This document shows positions 56,322 to 63,750 of a DNA stretch of 64,000 nucleotides, piece by piece (within the stretch, counting starts at the first letter, position 1; the number at the start of each line of letters is the position of its first letter). Under the pieces are notes generated by a model that worked only from the letters and a program-made list of their open reading frames with translations, was not told where the DNA came from and did not search any database. The DNA lies in the sequence record LT960552.1. One strand, given 5' to 3'. The translations under genes were made by a program, and so were the position numbers.

Positions 56322-56397
56322 GGGGTACGTAGCTCAGTCTGGTAGAGCAGCCATGCGAAAACGGTGTGTCGGTGGTTCGAATCCACTCGCTCCCCAC
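56322..56397 (+). tRNA. degenerate tRNA-Phe(GAA)-like
   Basis: Canonical D and T arms; mismatched acceptor; anticodon arm one nt short. Confidence 0.5.
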
Positions 56398-56400
56398 TAA

Positions 56401-56457
56401 GGAATCTAGCAGCAACCATAACCCAATCAAACTTTTAATTTGACAATTATGGATTCC
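56401..56457 (+). ncRNA. minimal ACAGCA-family RNA displaying a Lys(TTT) anticodon stem-loop
   Basis: GGAATCT/GGATTCC; TCAAA-CTTTTAA-TTTGA. Confidence 0.7.
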
Positions 56458-56480
56458 AGTTATTTTAAGTTGAGAATAGC

Positions 56481-56885
56481 ATGACGGATAACGAAAAACT
56501 TGAAAATATATTAATTGAAGCATTGACAATAATTAATACTTCAACATATAATTTTGAATCGTCCAAAGACGATTCAAAATCTAGATTTGTCTTATGCGGT
56601 AAAAGAGCACAACTTAAGTTGTACTTTTCTGCCAAATATGGTGAATTAAGTATAGAATTTATTCATCACTTGATTGGAGATACCCTATCATTTCAGATTA
56701 ATTATTATGATGATTCGGACGAAGATGATGATTACCATAATTTATATGGTGAAATACGTATTCCAAGAACTGAAGAACAATACTTTCAGTACTACACAAT
56801 TCAAGATCATGTTTTCTCTTTAGAGTTTTATAAATTATTAGAAAACATAATGAACGAATTATTGGTAAAGTGGCAGAGCGGCTGA
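56481..56885 (+). CDS. hypothetical protein, EE-x-x-FQ family
   Basis: TEEQYFQYYT; 3' end overlaps tRNA-Ser. Confidence 0.7.
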   Translation: MTDNEKLENILIEALTIINTSTYNFESSKDDSKSRFVLCGKRAQLKLYFSAKYGELSIEFIHHLIGDTLSFQINYYDDSDEDDDYHNLYGEIRIPRTEEQYFQYYTIQDHVFSLEFYKLLENIMNELLVKWQSG

Positions 56886-56954
56886 ATGCAACCGCTTGGA
56901 AAGCGGTCAGGTTAGGTGATACTAGCCTCGTAGGTTCAAATCCTATCTTTACCG
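56864..56954 (+). tRNA. tRNA-Ser(GGA)
   Basis: Loop TTGGAAA, long V arm; ends G-CAA. Confidence 0.92.
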
Positions 56955-57004
56955 CAAAAGTAATAACCTCCTTATTAAAGAATACATACCCATAGGAGAA
57001 TATT

Positions 57005-57361
57005 ATGTACGAGAAAGATGATGGTCCATTAACAGATGAACAATTGTGTATTATTCGTGAAATGAATAGTCATTTAGAACAATCTAATTTAAGTATAGAC
57101 TTGGATTGGTTAAATAGTGAAAAACAAGGAAATGCAATGTATTACGACTACTATTACAAAATTGATGGTGAACTTCGTCGTCATACCAGTAATCAAGAGT
57201 TAACTGATGCGGAAATCAATAATATTTTTGGTGCAAGCAAACATGTGGTAATGCTTACTCCAATTGTTTTTGAACGTGAGATTAGTACGGAAGATAAGTC
57301 TGGTAATAAAATTAAAAGTACTGAAAAAGTACACGTAGGATTTTTAGGTTACGTGGAATAA
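57005..57361 (+). CDS. hypothetical protein
   Basis: GGAG SD; terminator 57373-57393. Confidence 0.7.
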   Translation: MYEKDDGPLTDEQLCIIREMNSHLEQSNLSIDLDWLNSEKQGNAMYYDYYYKIDGELRRHTSNQELTDAEINNIFGASKHVVMLTPIVFEREISTEDKSGNKIKSTEKVHVGFLGYVE

Positions 57362-57406
57362 TATAATTTATTGGATTCGAAAGAATCCTTTTTAAGTGAG
57401 ATGATT

Positions 57407-57631
57407 ATGGATAATCAACATAAAAAGATTAAAGGGTATCGTGACCTTTCTCAAAAAGAAATCGATGCAATGAATGAAATTAAACAACTAGCAGCTACTG
57501 TTGAAGAGTTAATTGAAAAACTTGAAGGAACTGACTCTATTGATAAACGCTGGCTTGCTATTGCAAAAACAGATTTACAAAAAGGGTTCATGTCAGCAGT
57601 GCGAAGCGTGGCTAAACCAGATTCCTTTTGA
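57407..57631 (+). CDS. acb2: anti-CBASS cyclic-oligonucleotide sponge Acb2
   Basis: [20 protein letters not shown]...[27 protein letters not shown] closely matches Acb2/T4 Vs.4 family as recalled. Confidence 0.88.
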   Translation: MDNQHKKIKGYRDLSQKEIDAMNEIKQLAATVEELIEKLEGTDSIDKRWLAIAKTDLQKGFMSAVRSVAKPDSF

Positions 57632-57639
57632 GGAAAATA

Positions 57640-58020
57640 ATGCATACAATTGATAACCATGCTGATATAATTGATGATGTTATAACTGAAATACTTGAAA
57701 TTTATACGTGTAAAGTTGAAGTTTATAATTATGGTAATTTGTTTTCACAGCACGGCTATAGTACTAAACATAATATAAATTATCATATAAATGCAAAGTA
57801 CTATAATAATAATTCAAAAAATGGTAGACGAGCTAATAGTCTTGTGATAGAATTTAAATTCACTAACAGAGTTCCTAAAGGACTAAAAGATTATTATAGA
57901 TTATCAATACCTGAAATACAAAGTATTACAGAAGAACGACATTTTCAATTAATGTTAGTTACTGATGATATGTACTTGGATTATGAAGTTATAAATAAAT
58001 TACGTACACATATTATGTAA
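57640..58020 (+). CDS. hypothetical protein, EE-x-x-FQ family
   Basis: TEERHFQL. Confidence 0.7.
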   Translation: MHTIDNHADIIDDVITEILEIYTCKVEVYNYGNLFSQHGYSTKHNINYHINAKYYNNNSKNGRRANSLVIEFKFTNRVPKGLKDYYRLSIPEIQSITEERHFQLMLVTDDMYLDYEVINKLRTHIM

Positions 58021-58029
58021 AAAAGTTTT

Positions 58030-58083
58030 TAGAATCTAACAGCAATCAAAACTCATTGGATATATGAAAAAAAATAGATTCTA
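58030..58083 (+). ncRNA. minimal ACAGCA-family RNA (GAT-centred loop)
   Basis: TAGAATCT/AGATTCTA; TCAT-TGGATAT-ATGA. Confidence 0.65.
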
Positions 58084-58088
58084 GTATT

Positions 58089-58160
58089 TGGGAATTATCT
58101 CAGCGGTAGAGAGCACAACTGATAATTGTGAGGTCACTGGTTCAAATCCAGTATTCCCAA
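58089..58160 (+). tRNA. tRNA-Ile(GAT)
   Basis: Loop CTGATAA; ends A-CTA. Confidence 0.88.
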
Positions 58161-58259
58161 CTAAGTAGTTCAGTACTGAAATATGTACAGTGAAATTATT
58201 CAACACTATAGGTAGAACTTTGAATGAATCAGTAAGCCTATAAGTAACTATATTAAATT

Positions 58260-58390
58260 TGGAATTCAACAGCAATCTTCACTTACTAAAAACAGCTACC
58301 TCACGGTTTGTAGGTTCGAGTCCTACCTTGTACTTTCGAGTACATGTGGTGAAATCGGTAAACACGGCTGTCCAAAAGAAATGAATTCCA
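58260..58390 (+). ncRNA. circularly permuted tRNA-Leu-like RNA, ACAGCA family
   Basis: TGGAATTCA/TGAATTCCA; T arm, TGTACT-TTCG-AGTACA, Leu-type D arm. Confidence 0.85.
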
Positions 58391-58443
58391 GTATTAATTA
58401 AGACATAAATATTCTTATACATTATTTTTGTAGGAATATAGAT

Positions 58444-59043
58444 ATGGAAATGAAAAAGTTGATGGAAGAGATATCTTCCATAATGGAAGGACAATTACCA
58501 GGATATTATTATCACGGTAGCTCTAGACCAATATCAAATTTCAGTGATGAGTTTGTGGGTAGAGGTAATGATGAATATGGTCCAGGTATATATTTTAGTT
58601 CTGCACCAAATACTTCAATAGGTTATGCAAAAGATGGTGGTTCTAATGGAATGGTATATCAATGCGAACTGAATTTAAGAAAAGAACTATCTAAAAAAAC
58701 TAAAATTAATAAAGCAGTACTATTTAAATTAATACAAAATACACCTGATGAAGATGCTTATACTAACTGGAATGAAAATAAAAATGTTGCTTATAGAACA
58801 GCATTACAGGGTTACATCGATGAAGGAAATATGTACGATGCATTAATGGGTGTTTGGTACGATTGGTATCGGGAGTATCCTGTTCAATTCGTAAGATCAT
58901 TAGTACAATTAGGATATGACGGATACATATATACTTTTGGAAGCGGTGAACGTTTTATAATAGTATATAATCCAGCAAGTATTAAAGTTATAAACACTTT
59001 CAATCCAGAAGAAGCTAAGCAGAAACTACTTGGAAGTGATTAA
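58444..59043 (+). CDS. putative ADP-ribosyltransferase-fold protein
   Basis: YYHGS...YGPGIYFSSAPNTSIGYA motif. Confidence 0.5.
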   Translation: MEMKKLMEEISSIMEGQLPGYYYHGSSRPISNFSDEFVGRGNDEYGPGIYFSSAPNTSIGYAKDGGSNGMVYQCELNLRKELSKKTKINKAVLFKLIQNTPDEDAYTNWNENKNVAYRTALQGYIDEGNMYDALMGVWYDWYREYPVQFVRSLVQLGYDGYIYTFGSGERFIIVYNPASIKVINTFNPEEAKQKLLGSD

Positions 59044-59049
59044 AAAATT

Positions 59050-59169
59050 TGGAATTCAACAGCAAATCATTCAAAACACGTAGCATGTCGTAGGTTCAAG
59101 TCCTACCAGTACTTAATTGTACTGTAGCTCAGTCGGGAGAGCAGCCACCTTAAAAAGAAATGAATTCCA
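59050..59169 (+). ncRNA. circularly permuted tRNA-like RNA, ACAGCA family
   Basis: TGGAATTCA/TGAATTCCA; T arm, CAGTAC/GTACTG, D arm TAGCTCAGTCGGGAGAGC. Confidence 0.85.
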
Positions 59170-59326
59170 GTATTAATTACAAAGAGAACCAATAATGTAC
59201 ACTAATATTTTTGATATATTAAAAGATTTAACAGTGTTTGGAAAAGTAACATATCCAGTAAAATAAAATAATTAGGTTATTTCGAAGTTCTAAAACAACG
59301 AAACATTTACTAACGTAAAAAGAATT

Positions 59327-59385
59327 TGGAATCTATCAGCAACCATAACCCAATCAAACATTTAATTTGACAATTATGGATTCCA
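59327..59385 (+). ncRNA. minimal ACAGCA-family RNA, near-copy of 56401-56457
   Basis: TCAAA-CATTTAA-TTTGA. Confidence 0.7.
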
Positions 59386-59407
59386 GCCTATTTTTTGGAG
59401 TACAAAA

Positions 59408-59674
59408 ATGTATTATGCTCGGTTAGAACATCCTGATAATGGATATGAAATTGAAAGAATACATCTTAAAACCTTAGATTGTGAAAAGTACTATCCAGTA
59501 TATTCAATTAATATTGGAAGTTGGAGTACCAGTGTATATCTTAGAGATGATGAGTATGAATATAATAGTGTAAACTTTGAGTTCTACATCAAAAATGGAG
59601 ATGAATATATTCTCGAAGATATTTTCTCAGACCCTGATTTAAATCCGTACTTGATAGAAGACGATGAAGAATAA
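59408..59674 (+). CDS. hypothetical protein
   Basis: GGAG SD. Confidence 0.7.
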   Translation: MYYARLEHPDNGYEIERIHLKTLDCEKYYPVYSINIGSWSTSVYLRDDEYEYNSVNFEFYIKNGDEYILEDIFSDPDLNPYLIEDDEE

Positions 59675-59688
59675 ATATCACAAATAAA

Positions 59689-59717
59689 TGAAACGATTAA
59701 AAAATTTGTGGTATAAT
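59689..59717 (+). promoter_or_regulatory. TGAAAC-N14-TGGTATAAT promoter
   Basis: Upstream of tRNA-Asn. Confidence 0.8.
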
Positions 59718-59740
59718 ATAAGTAAGAAAAACAACAAGAT

Positions 59741-59813
59741 GGTTACGTAGCTCAGTGGTTAGAGCGTTCGCCTGTTAAGCGAGTGGTCGCTGGTTCAAAT
59801 CCAGCCGTGATCG
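59741..59813 (+). tRNA. tRNA-Asn(GTT)
   Basis: Loop CTGTTAA; ends G-CAA. Confidence 0.92.
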
Positions 59814-59861
59814 CAAATTGATGTTTGGTATGGTTTAAAAATATAATAACCAAACATTATA

Positions 59862-59904
59862 AAGAATCTTTCAGCATTAACACGGTGAAAATATATAGAT
59901 TCTT
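59862..59904 (+). ncRNA. minimal ACAGCA-family RNA
   Basis: AAGAATCT-T-TCAGCA...AGATTCTT. Confidence 0.55.
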
Positions 59905-59908
59905 GATT

Positions 59909-59985
59909 AGGAGATTAGCATAGATGGCCTAATGCACCGGTCTTTGAAATCGGTATCGGTGGTTCGAATCCACCATCTCCTGCCA
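59909..59985 (+). tRNA. tRNA-Gln(TTG)
   Basis: Loop CTTTGAA, CCA encoded. Confidence 0.9.
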
Positions 59986-60004
59986 ATTTAAGTAGAATAA
60001 TAGT

Positions 60005-60427
60005 ATGAAGTTATGTAAGAGATGTAATCAGAATAAGCCATTAGAAGCTTTTTCAAAAAATAAATCCAAAAAAGACGGATTACAAGTGAGTTGTAAGGAA
60101 TGTTTTAAAACAATAAACAACAATTCATATAAAAATGAATCTGGTGAACGTCGAAGAAAAGTTGGCGAGACTCGTGATAGAATTAAAGCTATTAATAGAT
60201 CGATTATATCAGAACATCGATCAGTAAATCCATGTCACTTTTGTGGAGAAACCGAACATTGTTGTTTAGACTTTCATCACTTAGACCCTACTGTCAAAGA
60301 TAAAGAAATATCTGTGTTGGTACATTATAGTACTGCTAGATTGGTAAAGGAAATAGCTAAATGTATAGTTATTTGCTCAAATTGTCACCGGAAACACCAT
60401 GCTGGTATTGAAGGTTACGAATTATAA
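60005..60427 (+). mobile_element. HNH-type endonuclease
   Basis: CKRC...CKEC; CHFCGE...LDFHHLDP...CIVICSNCHRKHH. Confidence 0.85.
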
Positions 60428-60568
60428 AGTTTTCATTTCCTTGGTGAAAACAAGCTGGCATGATTCCCCCTGCTTGTAAAATTATCGAACGGGAACCGCG
60501 TAGCACCGGTACAGGTCAGATTGTAAAGATCAAGTATGTACAGTACTGAGAGCGGCAGTACAAAAAAT

Positions 60569-60650
60569 GCGGGATTAGCTCAGTGGTAGAGCACTTGCCT
60601 TCCAAGCAAGAGGCGAATAGGTTCCATCGGTTCGAATCCGATATTCCGCT
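60569..60650 (+). tRNA. tRNA-Gly(TCC) with expanded variable region
   Basis: Loop CTTCCAA; 15-nt V region; ends T-CAA. Confidence 0.82.
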
Positions 60651-60769
60651 CAAATTAAACAAACAATAAGGTAAATCCTATGATGCTATAGAAAAACAGT
60701 ACTGGTCCTCCTGATAACTTTAATTCAGAACAAAACACTAAATTAAATATTATCCAAAAGGAACATACT

Positions 60770-61096
60770 ATGTTAAACAAAGAAAAATATATTACTGTAA
60801 AAAATACTTGGAAATTAGAAAAAGAGCATAACATTTTCGACCATGTGGTTTATAATGTTATTCGTGGCCTACCATCAGATAATGGGTTTGCACCAATTAC
60901 TGATAAAGGAAAACTTCAAGCAAATAATAACGACCCGTATAATATGTACAACTATGCAGTTCTTGAATTGCATTATGAGTTGAATGAAAAACGATACAAT
61001 TATGAAAAAACAGTACAACATTATTCTAAACTATTTGGCATTGAATTTACACCTGAACTTATCGAAGTAGTACTTACTTTGATTAAAGTTAAATAA
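60770..61096 (+). CDS. hypothetical protein
   Basis: AAGGA SD. Confidence 0.75.
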   Translation: MLNKEKYITVKNTWKLEKEHNIFDHVVYNVIRGLPSDNGFAPITDKGKLQANNNDPYNMYNYAVLELHYELNEKRYNYEKTVQHYSKLFGIEFTPELIEVVLTLIKVK

Positions 61097-61104
61097 CAGA
61101 ATTA

Positions 61105-61168
61105 AAGAATCCAACAGCACCCATAAATGAAATCAACTGTTAATTGAAAAATTCAAAAATGGATTCTT
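61105..61168 (+). ncRNA. minimal ACAGCA-family RNA displaying an Asn(GTT) anticodon stem-loop
   Basis: AAGAATCC/GGATTCTT; TCAA-CTGTTAA-TTGA. Confidence 0.7.
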
Positions 61169-61276
61169 GTTTTTATTTGGAAGTCTCATGAAAGATAATT
61201 TTTATGAAGATTTAAGATTTAGATATATTGAAGTACATGAATTTGACGTTATAGCACTGAACGTGCTATAATAGCT

Positions 61277-61350
61277 GGAGCCGTAGTTCAGTTGGTTAGA
61301 ACGCTTGCCTGTCACGCAAGAGGCCGTGGGTTCAAGTCCCATCGGTTCCG
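61277..61350 (+). tRNA. tRNA-Asp(GTC)
   Basis: Loop CTGTCAC; ends G-CAA; TTGACG-N17-TATAAT promoter upstream. Confidence 0.93.
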
Positions 61351-61367
61351 CAAAAATAAGGAAAATT

Positions 61368-61631
61368 ATGAACAAGAAAGCAAAAACACGTATTTTTAAT
61401 ACTGTTATAGAAACGTCACCAGACCATTGTAAATACAATTTTTGGTATCATAATATGCTTAGAAAAACAATTTTACTTATGTCTAAGGGTAAGTATCGTA
61501 AAACTGAAAAAGAAATTATACAAATACTTACTCGAAATCATGGTAAAAAACGATATAATCCTACACCAGAAGAACATGATGAAATGGTTCGTTTAGAACA
61601 AAGTGTTGGTCTAATGTGTGGTGTTAAATAA
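61368..61631 (+). CDS. basic hypothetical protein
   Basis: AAGGA SD before MNKKAK. Confidence 0.65.
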   Translation: MNKKAKTRIFNTVIETSPDHCKYNFWYHNMLRKTILLMSKGKYRKTEKEIIQILTRNHGKKRYNPTPEEHDEMVRLEQSVGLMCGVK

Positions 61632-61651
61632 ATTGGTAATAAAGAGTGTAA

Positions 61652-61985
61652 GGGTTAGTACTTAGTATCATATTCCCCCTCTACCTTCTTCCCCCATTAT
61701 TTGGGTTCTAGTCGTAGACACAATGTAGTACTTTATTACCCGCGAATTAATATTTTATTGTGGGGTGGTAAGAGTAAGATACCGATTCAAACAAGGGTCA
61801 GAAAGATCCACTTAACCCGTTTTGAAACAATAAAATATCCCGAAAGGGTGACGATGTGAATAGTGCATATCCTTGTAGTATGGGACAGTACTACATTTTT
61901 ATAAATAAATTGGAATAGAGCATGAGACTGCCCTCACTATTCGACGCTTTAAGTAGCTTTCTAGAGAGTACTTTCGGGTACTCAC
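61652..61985 (+). ncRNA. structured intergenic RNA candidate(s)
   Basis: Rod-like pairing 61652-61818 plus downstream hairpins. Confidence 0.4.
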
Positions 61986-62003
61986 CCAAATAAAATAAAA
62001 CAT

Positions 62004-62076
62004 GTTCTTATAGCTCAATTGGATAGAGTTGCCGCCTACGAAGCGGTCGATATAGGTTCAAATCCTTTTAGGAACA
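62004..62076 (+). tRNA. tRNA-Arg(ACG)
   Basis: Loop CTACGAA; ends A-CAA. Confidence 0.88.
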
Positions 62077-62096
62077 CAAAATTAAGGTAATTAAAG

Positions 62097-63443
62097 ATGA
62101 AATCACTAGTAGCTATGGTAAAAGACAAAAAAGTCTATTTTAGCCATTATCAAAACAATGAACTATGGTACAGTACTGAATGCGGATTTATGTTTCCGGT
62201 TCCGGTATCTGATACTGGTAATGCAGAATTTAAAAATGAAGATAAAGCTACGTTCTTTATGCGTTGGATTCGGAAACATCTTGAAATGATTGCTGATGAA
62301 AGTCAATCACAATCAGTTAATGGATGATTTGAAAATTATACATGATGTATTAAATGTGTACTACACCACTGGTGAAGATGCTCTACATTATGGCAACGTA
62401 TATTATGAGTACTGGATGCGACAATGCACCTTTATGGGAACTGGCTTTAACTTTACGGATGAATACATTCAGTTTGGTGAAACACGTTCCGATATAGATA
62501 AAGTACTTGATGAAGAATCACATTTTCAATTAAGTACTGTGTATAATTTCTACGACCTAACGTTCGAAGATATTACAGCACTTAAAGAAATCTATATATT
62601 CAAACGCGGGGAACCTACACCATAGGTTCCCTTTTTTATATCTGGAGTTTATGAATGGAAGATATTAATTCGACTATAGTAAAAAATACAAAGATAGTTA
62701 GAACATTTGAACAAATATCTTTTGACGATATTAAAACATACTTACCACATCTTAATGTAGTTAGTGGTACTAAAGAGTCAATGACAGGAAGTACAAAATT
62801 GTTTAGTATTTTCTTTTCAGATAGTGAATCTGTATTAGTCTCACGTGATGTTATCATGTATATATTTGATAAAACTTTTGTTAAATTTAATACTAATATT
62901 ACTGAAGAACAAATGTTCCAAGATAGTACAAGAGTTAATTATGGTAATCTTGCACCAGAAACTTTACCGTACTTGAGAGAGTTAATACAACTACTTGACC
63001 ATTTATGGAAATAAATTATGAATGTATTTGAAACGTGTTTTTTATATGCAAGTAAGGGTGATTCAAATAAAACTATTAGAAGTACAAATGACGATAAAAT
63101 TCTTTTCTCTTATAAAATACTAACTGAGTTTGATTCTGTAATAGAGCAAAATGTATGTATATTCATGATTGTAGTATATGTTGAAGATGATACTTTTATT
63201 TTTTCATTTGGTATATCTGAAGACTATCCTGATATTGGTATTTCAATTATGAAAGTACAAGGTAATATATCATTGCATTCCAGTGATGTATGCAACGTAG
63301 AAGATTTGGAAGCACGTTTATTCCAAATAGAAACTATTGTAGATGTACATGATTTAGATACTACGATGATAGATAAAATGTATAAGCTTCGTGAAATATA
63401 TTTGAAGAAAAAAGATGAAACGGTGCTGAATAATCTGGTATAA
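62097..63443 (+). other. four hypothetical genes (62097, 62320, 62655, 63018)
   Basis: Three carry the EE-x-x-FQ motif; terminator 62609-62637. Confidence 0.7.
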
Positions 63444-63444
63444 T
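63416..63444 (+). promoter_or_regulatory. TGAAAC-N14-TGGTATAAT promoter
   Basis: Upstream of tRNA-Pro/Pro/Val. Confidence 0.8.
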
Positions 63445-63456
63445 ATCAGTACCTTA

Positions 63457-63530
63457 CAGGGTGTAGGCAAATTGGTTTGTCACCTGCTTTGGGAGTAGGA
63501 TTAATGCTGGTTCGAGTCCAGTCACCCTGA
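63457..63530 (+). tRNA. tRNA-Pro(TGG)
   Basis: Loop TTTGGGA; ends A-CAA. Confidence 0.88.
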
Positions 63531-63539
63531 CAAATATTA

Positions 63540-63614
63540 CGGAGTGTGGGCTAATTGGCTAAGCCGCCTGTTTTGGGAACAGGAAAATTGTAGGTTCGAG
63601 TCCTACCATTCCGA
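63540..63614 (+). tRNA. tRNA-Pro(TGG), second copy
   Basis: Loop TTTGGGA; ends A-CAA. Confidence 0.9.
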
Positions 63615-63620
63615 CAAATT

Positions 63621-63694
63621 GCTTGTTTAACTCAGTTGGTTAGAGTGCCATCTTTACACGGTGGAAGTCATTAGTTCAAATCTAATAACAAGCA
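63621..63694 (+). tRNA. tRNA-Val(TAC)
   Basis: Loop TTTACAC; ends A-CAA. Confidence 0.92.
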
Positions 63695-63750
63695 CAAACT
63701 GAACTATTAAACTAAATATATTAAATTATAATAGTTTAGGAGTTCAGAAA

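Noticed and set aside
56864-56885. ORF overlapping the 5' end of tRNA-Ser as an attP/integration scar
   Set aside because: No integrase or duplicated tRNA 3' end; most simply a stop codon falling inside the tRNA.
57373-57393. GGATTC-GAAA-GAATCC hairpin like the ACAGCA-family stem
   Set aside because: No CAGCA motif; followed by a T tract after a stop codon, so it is an ordinary terminator.
55367-59385. CRISPR array interpretation of the repeated GGAATC...CAGCAA units
   Set aside because: Units are dispersed, not identical direct repeats with regular spacers, and no cas genes are present.
60430-60562. SRP-like CAGG...AGTA element
   Set aside because: Lacks the GGAA tetraloop and AGCAG geometry; resemblance too weak.
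551-62857. Minus-strand and nested alternative-frame ORFs in the ORF track
   Set aside because: They are shadows of + strand genes or tRNAs, lack SD sites or motifs, and all promoters point +.
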